Of a DNA stretch of 64,000 nt, positions 25,203 to 36,141 are shown one piece after another. How positions within the stretch are numbered: position 1 is the stretch's first letter; each line of letters starts with the position of its first letter. The notes beneath the pieces were generated by a model, which worked only from the letters and a program-made list of their open reading frames with translations, was not told the origin of the DNA and did no database searches. Source of the stretch: Azolla caroliniana (taxonomy: Eukaryota; Plantae; Polypodiophyta); assembly GCA_043228905.1 (NCBI GenBank), contig JBHGNT010000002.1, positions 12,214,001-12,278,000 on the forward strand, written 5' to 3'. Made by a program: the position numbers and the translations under genes.

Positions 25203-26051
25203 GGACAACATCTGCATGTGCATTGAAGCTCTTTAGAAACACAGTTGTATTGGAGAAGGACGAGGAGCAAGTTATATTTATAAACATGAGGATTAAGGCT
25301 TTGTGGGAGTGCCCAGACCAGGATGAGGAGGTCGGTGCAAAGAACCTCGTTGATACCGAAAGGTTTCAACCTGCTTCATGAGATCCTATTCCTCCGTTAA
25401 CCGGGGAACAGGGGGAGCTAATAGAGCTTGATGATGAGCTTATAGAAGATATTTTGTTGGCTCGGCTAACAGGGGAAGACAATGTACGTATAGCCGAAGA
25501 GACTTCTATACAGGATGAAATGACATTGACGATTTGCTTGCTATGTAATAGACTCTTTTGTTCACGAAATCTATTGTTTGGAATTCACATTACTAATACA
25601 AATTTTGGGTTTTACTTGGTGTATTCTATTCTTTATAATCTTCTATATGTTTCAATTTTATTTCTATATACTTGGTTAGTAGACTCATGACATTAGTTTC
25701 ACTGCATGCATTGCTGACTACCAATATGGAGAAACATGAATTAGTTTAAATTAAGGCTGATTTTGGTCAAACTTTACCTTAACATAACATGCTTGTAGAA
25801 TTGTTGCCATGACTATCCATGTTGTTATTTGCGATCAATTGTTGAGATTGTCATTCCGTGTCTAATATATACTAGTCCATATATTATGGATCTTTGTCTT
25901 CTATTGTTAAAACTATTATGTTTTTCTTCCATTGCTGCTTAGATTGTGTAGTGTGTTGATAATGGTTCCACTAGCGTTATCCACATGTTTTTATACGTTT
26001 GTAGTTCCACTAGCGTTATCGTTCGGATTTTGATCTCGTGTGAATCACCTA

Positions 26052-26303
26052 AGGAATAGATTAGATCAATTTTAAATACAAGTATGAAAGGCTTAATAGG
26101 TTTGTTATTCCCACCACATTATCCTAAAGTTCATTGTCTTACATTGTCCACAATTATATACATATGGTTTGATCCCATACGAACAAATTGAGGAATAAAT
26201 TAGATCAACTTTAAATACAAGTATTAAATACCTTAATAAGTTAGTTATTCCAATCACATTATCCTAAAGTTCACTATCCTACATTGTCCACAATTATATA
26301 CAT
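26052..26303 (+). repeat. Two diverged direct copies of an approximately 112-bp segment (139-bp period)
   Basis: aggaata.attagatcaa.tttaaatacaagtat...acattgtccacaattatatacat at 26052 and 26191. Confidence 0.85.
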
Positions 26304-26637
26304 GTGAGTATGGGTCAAAGTATAAATTATAACTCATTTTATTAGTATGGTTAGAAGTACACCTCATATTTTTGTAAAACTTACCAAATTAATATAAGTC
26401 TTTAACTTAGTGTTTCCCATGTCGCACATTAGTGAGATATTGAGCCATTGTTGAACTTTATTATGCCTACATTAACTTATCAACACATCCAAACTTATTT
26501 GAAATTCTAATGATCTCCACTCGTAGACCTATCATGTATTTTTATATTTGCAAATTCTAATCAAATTTTGGAACATGTGATACTAGTGCATCCAATTTTT
26601 GTAGAGAGGGTATATTTTGATATTTTCAAGAAGATTC

Positions 26638-27253
26638 TACAAGTGGAATGCGCGATCCTTCCACTTGTGAACTCGAACGTGTTATAAGGTATAAAACATG
26701 TTCTATACACACAGAAAAAGGAGAGCAAGAGGAATACCTTGAGTGTCATATCTAAGTGAGAAGTTTGATAGATTGTCTTTGATATACATTGTACAAGTGG
26801 AATGCGCGATCCTTCCACTTGTGAACGCGAACGTGTTATAAGGTATAAAACATGTTCTATACACACAGAAAAAGGAGAGCAAGAGGAATACCTTGAGTGT
26901 CATATCTAAGTGAGAAGTTTGATAGATTGTCTTTGATATACATTGTACAAGTGGAATGCACGATCCTTCCACTTGTGAATGCGAACGTGTTATAAGGTAT
27001 AAAACATGTTCTATACACACAGAAAAAGGAGAGCAAGAGGAATACCTTGAGTGTCATATCTAAGTGAGAAGTTCGATAGATTGTCTTTGATATACATTGT
27101 ACAAGTGGAATGCGCGATCCTTCCACTTGTGAACGCTAACGTGTTATAAGGTATAAAACATGTTCTATACACACAGAAAAGGGAGAGCAAGAGGAATACC
27201 TTGAGTGTCATATCTAAGTGAGAAGTTCGATAGATTGTCTTTGATATACATTG
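26638..27253. repeat. 4 x 154-bp near-identical tandem repeat
   Basis: Units at 26638, 26792, 26946, 27100; each begins with the hairpin ACAAGTGGAA-N10-TTCCACTTGT. Confidence 0.95.
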
Positions 27254-27603
27254 TTAGTGTCTCTCTCACGTTTCTTTTGTATCAGCTATTTTGTAAGATT
27301 CACATCTTAACGAATGTATAGTCATTTCTTATGGCTAAATACTTGTTGGAAAGCTCTTTCTGTGTATAAAATATCAGCCTCAGATTCATCATATTATCTG
27401 AGTTATCAATCTGAGAGTGACAGGTGTCTGTCCAAGTATTGAACCTACAAAGGTTCACTATACGTTTCTTACTGTGAATAGGAGGACAAATTCTCCACAT
27501 GTATGCGTATGTGGAAGGAATTCAAGGAAATCCGCTTGGGCCAATCCCCATAGAGTCGTATTTGATATAAATACAAAATTTCCTTAATTCAACCGCACAT
27601 AAG

Positions 27604-30265
27604 ATGTCCGAACTTCGGCAATCTCATAGTTCTCTCGAGGCACGTGTCATTAGTTTACAACATCATACTAATAGACCCGATGAGCGTCAAGGTGAACCAT
27701 CATTTGTCGTAAATCCATTTATGGGAGAAAAAAAGGAAAGAACCGAAGAAGCAATTTGCACGTGGCTGGGCCGATGGGAGTCCCATTTTGAGCTCTATCC
27801 CAAGCTAGATAGTACGAAGATTGCATATGTCGGCCGAGAACTAGGGGGTAAGGCCGTTGCCTGGTGGCGTGGGCTCCGAATTTTGGGGAAATTGCTCGAT
27901 ACCTGGACAGATTTTCTCACAGTTTTCAAAGGCCAACTTCTGCAACCTCCATCTCGAACCGAGGCAGCACAAGCTTTAATGAACCTCTCTAGCAGGAAGT
28001 TTTCCTCACTAGAAGACTATGTTCACCATGCTAGAACCCAAATCCAAAATCGGGTCTAGAAGGGGACAATTGGTTAATAGCTTGTTTTGTCAATGGCATC
28101 CCTAATTTGGACTATCATTGGATAGTGTACGATAAGGATCCCAAATCCTTCGAAGAGGTCGTTGAAATAGTCCTTTGCTATCAACGCACTTCAAAGGACC
28201 ATAACAAACCCAACGAAGCGCTCGGGATATGGGGAATCCAATGATCGTTTGGTTCAGATATGGGGAATCCAACTCACCATAAGTGATCACACCTATAAGA
28301 TGCACTTGGCTGATGGAAGAATACAATACATCATACGGGGCGATTCATTCATTAGGAATTTATATTGATACTTACATAGAGGAATTAGACTTCCATGTAA
28401 TGAATCTTTGTACAACTAATGTAATACTGGGTTATCCCTGGTTTTTTAATAAAAACTCTTCTTTATCTATTGATTGGGTTCGCCATTCCATTTCCTTTGT
28501 ATTGAACGATTGTACTCATTTTATTCAATGTGTAAATAAACAATCTCTTTCGATTGTTTCCTCTCCATCAATATCCGAGTTTTCTTGTTCTTCTATTTTA
28601 TTGTGTACTTGATCCGAACATTCATGTCTATAATATCGATAATGTCTCCGGTCAATTATAATATTTTGAACAACAACAACTCGATGAAATCTTTAATGAT
28701 TTTCGTGATGTTTTTCCAAGTGAACTACCACATAGGTTACCTCCTAAACGTAATATAGACCATCATATAGATATTGTACCTAGCGTTGCACCAATAAGTA
28801 TACATCCTTATCGCTTAAGTCAATCTGAAGAGGATGAGGTATCTAACCAACTCAAGGACTATTTATGAATGGGTTATATACGTTATAGTAAATCTCCATG
28901 GGGTGCATCTGTTCTTTTGGTAAAAAAGAAAGAGGGCACATGGCATATGTGTATTAATTACCGGTGCTTGAATAAAGTGATGATCAAGAATTCATATCCA
29001 TTTCCCCGGGCTGACAATCTAATTGACCGTCTCTAGGGAGCTCGGTATTTTACGAAACTTGATTTCCGTACAAGCTACCATCAAATTCGTATAAGTGAGG
29101 ACGATGTTGCTAAAAAGGCATTTCGTATGCGCTATGACCATTATGAGTTTTTGGTTATGCCTTTTGGTTTGACCAATGCTCCGACCACATTTCAACAAGA
29201 AATGAATGACATTTTCCGAGATTAAATTGGAAAATTTGTTGCTATTTTCTTGGATGATATTCTAGTTTATAGTCGTACATGCCAAACATATCCACTTTGT
29301 TTTACAAACATTGCGTGACAAATAGTTTTACGCAAAGATCTCAAAATGTGAGTTCTTCAAGAAATCAATTACTTATCTTGGACATCTCATAACCGAACGA
29401 GGAGTTGAAATTGAGCCATCTCACGTCGAGAAAGTCAAACTTTGGCCCACTTTTCGGAATATTCGAGGAGTACGATCATTCATTGGTTTTGTTGGGTTTT
29501 TGCGAAAATCTCTTCGTAATTACTCCCAATTGACGACATCGTTTATTGATCTTCTTGAAAGTCAAATGCGTAAGTTTACAAAACCTATTATGTGGAATGC
29601 CACACTAGGCCTCACCTTTAAGGAACTCAAGGACCTGGTGTGTAAGGTTTCGTCACTTCCATTACTAGATTCTTCAAAACCTTTTCAGGTTGAAACAAGT
29701 TATTATCTTTATGGAAATCTTTTAAATATGGACCATGAGTCCTTTAAATATTTTTGTGACCAACAAGACCCAAAAGGTCATAAGGCACGATGGGCTGATC
29801 TCATCCAAGACTTTGATTTTTCCATACGATATCGTAAAGGTTCCATGAACAATGTCATTGATGCACTAAGTCGCATCCGCGAAGTTAACATGCTTAGCTT
29901 CACTAAATTAACATCAGATCTTTATGATCACCTTCGAGGAAAGTATCCTAATGACAGTTATTTTGCGAAATATTGGGCAAGCGTTGAGTCTCGAATAGAC
30001 ACCACCACATCCTCGAGGGAATACTTCCACATTGGTAACGGTCTGCTCTACCATACTGGGAAGGTTTGTGTTCCAAATTTGCCTGAGGTCAAAAAGAGAA
30101 TTCTTTTTTAATGCCATGATGCACCCTCAGCAGGGCACCCAAGAATACATCGTACACTCGTTCTCATCTCCATTCAATTGTATTAGCCTAAGATGTGTCC
30201 TGACATACATAGCTATGTGACTAAATGTCACCAATGTCAAGTTAACAAAGTCGAGCAGCATAAAG
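27604..30265 (+). pseudogene. gag-pol: Old, heavily mutated Ty3/Gypsy gag-pol, cut in integrase by the Gypsy-2 insertion
   Basis: gag AVAWW; protease C-terminus VILGYPWF; [30 protein letters not shown]; NVIDALSR; HDAPSAGHP. Confidence 0.85.
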
Positions 30266-30656
30266 TGTTGGCCGGTCAGAAGAGCAAGAACAAGTGGGAA
30301 GGCGGAGTCGGATCGGATAATAGGAAGTAAATAATAGTAGAATTATTATTCGGAGGGACGGATCCGGTACAGTTGTACCGATCCAGATCCAGACCGATTC
30401 GGATGTCGGTTGCCTAAGGGCACCGATTGTAACCTTGCTGGATGCCTATAAAAGGATCCGATGATTTGTAAAAGGTTTAGACGGAAGTAATACAAAAGTA
30501 ATTATTGCGTGTTTATCTGTATCTTCGTATTGTTTACCGTCTGTGCTTAATTGTAATCATCTTACGCGTGTAACCTAGCATCCAATCCCTACCACCCCTT
30601 TGGAGAAGTGTTGGATAGACACCTGTGTTGAGGCTAGTCCGGCCAGGCAGACAACA
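30266..30656 (+). repeat. 5' LTR of Gypsy-2
   Basis: tgttg...caaca termini, internal ctataaaa, followed by PBS-like TGGCGACCAC (30663-30672, tRNA-Arg-like); partner LTR is outside the window. Confidence 0.75.
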
Positions 30657-30708
30657 CTATTTTGGCGACCACGATTCCTGCAAAGTGCAGAGGACAACCG
30701 GGGGATGG

Positions 30709-32487
30709 ATGTCTAGACCAAACGACGACCACATCACTGAACGAGGGAGACGATACACCGAACGCGAGCAACGACGGGAAGCCCTGCAGCAAGCCGTCGA
30801 CGAGATCCGGCGGGATCGGTCATTCTCCAAAACTCTTCGGAGAGTCGCAGAAGAAGCACTGCAGTTCCGGGTTCTGCAAATCCCCGACGAAGGCAATAGC
30901 ATAACAAGCTTGCAGGAGGCGGAAACGATACTACAGACGCTCGCCGGGGGCGACGGGGACTCGGAAGCATTCGCAACACTTGATGCGGAGTCGGAAAGCG
31001 ACGGAAGCGTTGCGTCCCGGTATAAAAGCAGCCACGACACACCAAACGACCCGGGGGAAGAGGGGTCGGAAGACTCGGTAACACCGGAGCCAGAGGAAGA
31101 AATAACCTTGGAGTTCGGTGACCGGCAATCGCCGAGGGAGGCTGACCGGATACCGACAACACCCGCGAAGGAACCGAAGGAGCGGATACCGACAACACCC
31201 GCGAAGGAACCGAAGGAGCGGATACCGACAACACCCACGAAGGAACCGAAGGAGCGGATACCGACAACACCCGCGAAGGAACCAAAGGACCGGACACCGG
31301 CGACACCCGCGGAGGAACTGAAGGAGCGGATACCGGCACCAACCGCGGAGGAACCAAAGGTTCTCACACCGACACCAACAGCGGACAGAGAGCGGAGTAA
31401 GCAGGAGAGTCAGTTGGACGACACGATGTCGTACCCATACCCAAAGTACAGGGATGAGCCCGACGCGGAGGCACACGTGTACGCATTCCTCCAAACATGG
31501 GAAGCCAACCATGTCTCCCAAAGACTGACGGAGCCCGAAGCCGAACGATCCAAAGTCGTCGAATTCGGCATGACCTTAGAAGGACCGGCGGCCCGATGGC
31601 ACACAAAGCACTTACCGGGCAGCTTTGCCACATTCGATGCCTTGAAGGCCAGATTCCTCAGGCTTTTTCACAGACAAGTTGAGCAAAGGGAATTGGTCAG
31701 GCAGTTCTACACCACCCGGCAGAAAGAGACCGAGACTGTGCCACAATTCATCATTCGGTTTCAGACCCTGCACAGCCAACTGACGAGAGCACCACCCGAA
31801 GACGAAGCCAAAGCCGTCTTTTTGGCCGCGCTGAAAGAGCCACTTCGAACAATGTGCGGAGTCCTTGATTTCCACACCAGCACAATGGACCAAGTTATTG
31901 ATCGGGTTTTAGAAATGGACAAGACTAGCCCCCTCTTGTCGATGGGGATGTTACACCGGGCACTCCCGAAGGAGGAAGACTTGAGGTTCCGGCAGGCCTT
32001 ACAATGCACAACATGCCTAAATTCGGGCCACTCAACAGTAGACTGCACCCTGCGGACACAATGTATGATCTGCAACTCTCGAGCCCATACAACGGACCGA
32101 TGCGAATATAACCTGTTAAATCGGCAGGCAACACCGGTTCGACACATAGAACTGCGCAATCAGAACCCGGACGAGGATCGATTCCGGAGAGACGACCGCT
32201 ACCAACGCGAACGCGGTAACAGATACGCTGATAGAAGACGCGATAACTATGACCGAGAGGAGAAACGCAGAGATAGCTACCCCCGGGACCGGTACGACCG
32301 AGACGAATCCCCGGAATACGAACGACGCAGAGAAGAGAAGCGACAAGGGAACCGAAATTTCCGACGGAATCAGAAGCGTGGACTTTTCCGAAGAGAGGAA
32401 CGTCGGGAGGCAGCGAGGAATGACAACCCGGTATCGGTACCGGATAACCGAAAAACCGAAGACGACCGCCGAAGCATACCCACCCTC
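30709..32487 (+). CDS. gag: Gypsy-2 gag, 5' part (open until the insertion)
   Basis: Homologous to the 11795-12934 ORF (AFLQTWEANHVSQRL, LEGPAARW, CTTCLNSGH). Confidence 0.88.
31147..31360 (+). repeat. About 6 x 36-bp coding repeat (RIPTTPAKEPKE) in gag
   Basis: cggataccgacaacacccgcgaaggaaccgaaggag in tandem. Confidence 0.92.
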
Positions 32488-32621
32488 TGTCAGGAACTCT
32501 ATTAAGGCAGAGAAGGAATTAGTACTAAAAGAAGGATTAGTACTATTGTTGGGGAATAGTACTAAGACAGAGAAGGATTAGTACTATGAGAGGTGTCGAA
32601 CTTTTGAGAGAAGGAATGAGT

Positions 32622-32668
<47 letters not shown>

Positions 32669-32959
32669 ATGATGCGAAAGATATATGTATTATATGAAGG
32701 AAGATATACAACAGTAGTTAGAAGGCTTAAGACTGGCGTTGAACCGATTTGGTTCGAACTAATGCCTTGAGCCTCCTTTTATAGTGTCTTCAGGAATACT
32801 CCTGAAGTTTCTAGAATGTTCCAGAGAAATCTGGAATATACATCAATTTCCCAATAAAACCTAAATGAAAATAATGTCCTTCAAATTACAATTCATAACC
32901 TAATGGTAAAGTCTCGACCCGTGTAACAAAAGGTTATGGGTTCGAGTCTAGTTATGACA
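32488..32959 (-). repeat. 3' LTR of chromovirus A
   Basis: tgtcagg...tatgaca, followed by the PPT complement ctatcccccttt. Confidence 0.95.
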
Positions 32960-35155
32960 CTATCCCCCCTTTAAAACGACGAGTTCCACGAGTCGTTTTG
33001 GATTGAGGACCCGGTTTCTCGGGATATCGTCGATGGAAGTCTTCTAGAAGAGCACGAGCATTGGTCACATTCTCGATCGGTTCCCTAGTACGCTCGCTGG
33101 GACTATATCCTAGCCAATCGACTAGATAGTAGAGCTTGTTGCGAACAATCTTGGAATCGAGGATGGCAGCGACCTCATACTCAGGTCCATCTTCGAGCTC
33201 GATAGGAGGTGGTGGTTGTATAGTACGTCCTGGGATAGTGCTCTCGTGATAGGGTTCGAGGAGAGAACTATGAAACACCGGATGTATCCGAAGTTGCGGA
33301 GGTAGCTCGAGACGAAAAGCGACATCATTAATCTTCCCGATAATACGGAAAGGACCTAATCGCCGATAATCCAACTTCTCACATGGGCGAGTAGTCTTGA
33401 TGTGTCGTCGTAGCAGCCACACCCGATCTCCAATGTTAAAACTGGATGGAAGTCGATGACGATCTGCGTAGTCCTTGTGTGATTGTTGAGCTTGCTGGAG
33501 TTGAGTAGATAAATCCGCTTGTATCTTGCGTAATCGCTCCAAACGATCCTCCGCGCAAGGATTTGTGGACACTTCTGGGGTTTCAAGGACACACCACCGG
33601 GGATGATATCCCGTATAAGCGTAGAATGGCGTGACTTTAGTCGATGCGTGGATAGCGTTATTATAGGCAAATTCGGCGAACTGAAGAATATCTGCCCAGT
33701 CATTCTGATGATAGTTGAGAAAGCACCGCAGATACTGCTCCAGTGTTTGATTTGTTCGTTCGGCTTGACCGTCGGTTTGTGGGTGGTAGCCGGAGGAGAG
33801 GTTACAAGTGACCTTCAGCATTTTAAAAAGGTGCTTCCAGAATTTTGACACAAACTGGGGTCCACGATCGCTGATGATATTATCAGGGAGTCCATGATGC
33901 CGACATACTTCCCGCATGACAATTTCGGCGGTGTCTTCACTAGATATTTCTTTAGTACATGGTAAGAAATGAGCCATCTTCGTATATCGATCCACCACTG
34001 TGAGAATCGCACTGAATCCCTTAGAGACTGGAAGATCTGTAATGAAGTCAAGAGCAATGGATTGCCATGGCTTGCTTGGAATTGGTAATGGTTCTAATAA
34101 ACCATATGGATGATGTCTTGGCATTTTCGCTCTGCAGCATGTATCGCAAGTCCGAACAAAATCTTCGACAAATTGTCGCATATGGGGCCACCAGAATGAT
34201 CGTTGTACTAAATCTAATGTTTTAGTACTACCAAAATGTCCTGCTGTATATGTGTCATGGCAATTTTGTACTACTCGAAGGCGGCAAGAACCATTAGGAA
34301 CATACAAAAGTTCTTTAAAGAAGAGTAATCCATCACAGTATTTGAATTGCCGATAATCCGTACCTGGTGATTGTGATTGTGAACATGACGCTCGAGAGGG
34401 GTCAATTTGTGCTAGTATAGCTTGGGCGAAAGCGTCAGTCTTCAAGTCCTCACGTATAGTATTGGTAATGTCGGAATCCACGGGCATGTCAAAGACCTGT
34501 GCTGCTTGCAGTCGTGCTGGACCCAAGATTACTTGCTTCTGGTTATCGAAAGCTGGCTCACCGGGACGTGGTGTTAGATACGAACGCCGTGATAATGCAT
34601 CTGCCTTCCCTTGGTGCTTCCCCGGACGATATGTAATTTTGAAGTCGAAGCGTGTGAGGAAGTGGGCCCACCGAGCTTGACGTCGATTCAGTACACGAGC
34701 ATCTTGAAAGTAGGCAAGGTTCTTGTGGTCACTGAATACAGTGACCTGATGAGGAGATCCCTCCAGGAAATGCCTCCATTGCATAAAAGAATCAACTATT
34801 GCTAATAGCTCTTTATCATGAATTTCGTAGTTGATTTCGGCGGCGTCAAACTTACGGGAGTGGAAAGCCACAGGATGTAGCTTCTCGTCGTTACCCTGTT
34901 GTGACAGAATGCTCCCCAATGCGAAATCCGATGCGTCAGCTTCGATAATGAATGGTTTTTCCGGATCCACATGACCTAAAATTGGAGCTGATGTAAACGC
35001 CTTCTTAAGACTCTCGAAAGCCATGTCCGTCTCTTTAGACCAAATGAATGATTGTCCCTTCCTGGTGAGCTGTGTGAGAGGCAGCACAATTTTTGAGTAA
35101 TTTTGTATGAACTTCCGGTAAAAATTTGCAAAGCCTAGGAAGCATTGCACATCCC
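32952..35155 (-). pseudogene. pol: 5'-truncated pol (RNase H, integrase, chromodomain), unit 1
   Basis: [57 protein letters not shown]; chromodomain EYEVAAILDS..YLVDWLGY. Confidence 0.93.
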
Positions 35156-35823
35156 ATAGTTTTAGGATTACCATGGTTCGAGTTACATAACCCAAACATA
35201 GATTGGAGGACAAGGGAAATCCGGTTGCGACAAACCCAAGGATCTACCCAGAAGGTTGCAACCATTTCGCTACATCAGTTGCGTGAGGAAGGGCGCAAGG
35301 AGGAAATGTTTCTCTTCGCAATATCAGTACAACCCTCCAGCACCGCCAAAGAGGAGTCCACCGTTCAACTTCCCGAGAAGTATCGTCAGTATGCTGATGT
35401 GTTCGATAAAGTACAAGCCAACACACTTCCTCATCATCGGCCGTACGATTGCGCCATCGACTTACAACCGGGAAAAGAGCCGCCATGGGGGCCGATCTAC
35501 AATTTGTCACCAACCGAGCTAGAAGTCCTCCGAGCCTATATAGAGGAGAATTTGGAGAACGGTTTCATTCGGCATTCGAAATCTCCAGCCGGTGCACCCA
35601 TTTTCTTCGTCAAGAAAAAAGATGGCTCGCTTCGACTCGTTGTAGATTACCGTGGCTTGAATAAGGTCACAGTAAGAAATAGGTATGCTCTGTCAGGAAC
35701 TCTATTAAGGCAGAGAAGGAATTAGTACTAAAAGAAGGATTAGTACTATTGTTGGGGAATAGTACTAAGACAGAGAAGGATTAGGACTATGAGAGGTGTC
35801 GAACTTTGAGAGAAGTAATGAGT

Positions 35824-35859
<36 letters not shown>

Positions 35860-36141
35860 TGATGCGAAAGATATATGTATTATATGAAGGAAGATATACA
35901 ACAGTAGTTAGAAGGCTTAAGACTGGCGTTGAACCGATTTGGTTCGAACTAATGCCTTGCGCCTCCTTTTATAGTGTCTTCAGGAATACTCCTGAAGTTT
36001 CTAGAATGTTCCAGAGAAATCTGGAATATACATCAATTTCCCAATAAAACCTAAATGAAAATAATATCCTTCAAATTACAATTCATAACCTAATGGTAAA
36101 GTCTCGACCCGTGTAACAAAAGGTTATGGGTTCGAGTCTAG

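Larger units (their letters stand above)
18340..25530. mobile_element. Putative two-gene DNA transposon (Sola1-like transposase plus ParB-like/DNA methyltransferase cargo); termini not resolved
   Basis: Two divergent genes about 0.9 kb apart, similarly decayed, embedded between retroelement debris with no host genes nearby. Confidence 0.65.
21906..25530 (+). pseudogene. Spliced gene for a ParB/Srx-like domain plus a beta-class DNA amino (N6-adenine/N4-cytosine) methyltransferase with an acidic tail; exons about 21906-21940, 22899-24730, 24819-25111, 25203-25530
   Basis: ParB-like: HVQNLKKKMKINP..PFIVMVD..YFVIGGLHSEEARWQL..CKIYVGLRTKEAKPLAWDHN (about 23740-24050). MTase: ICGNVVDMIQKVPKKEYTLMIVDIPYG (DIPY 24523-24534), LAW|IKTN, NPYQKPQRL (25018-25044), EGDWI*DLFSGT|GTTSACALKLFRNTVVLEKD. 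Several stops and frameshifts; 3' end approximate. Confidence 0.85.

Noticed and set aside
22825-25530. Bacterial or phage contamination as the source of the ParB-MTase gene
   Set aside because: It has frame-restoring GT-AG introns, an NLS-like motif and continuous plant-retroelement flanks, and shows the same C>T-type decay.
17794-26538. Candidate TIR pair for the DNA transposon (tacatggtaggt at 17794-17805 and acctatcatgta at 26527-26538)
   Set aside because: Only 11 of 12 bp match, the match does not extend, and there is no TSD; chance cannot be excluded, so termini are left unresolved.
26561-27211. Repeated short ORFs (MTLKVFLLLSFFCVY...) as a peptide gene family
   Set aside because: They arise from the 154-bp tandem repeat and shift frame with each unit.
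35126-35725. The 199-aa ORF and the N-terminus of the 753-aa ORF as novel proteins
   Set aside because: Their termini are antisense or LTR read-through across the inversion and insertion junctions; the cores are ordinary pol fragments.
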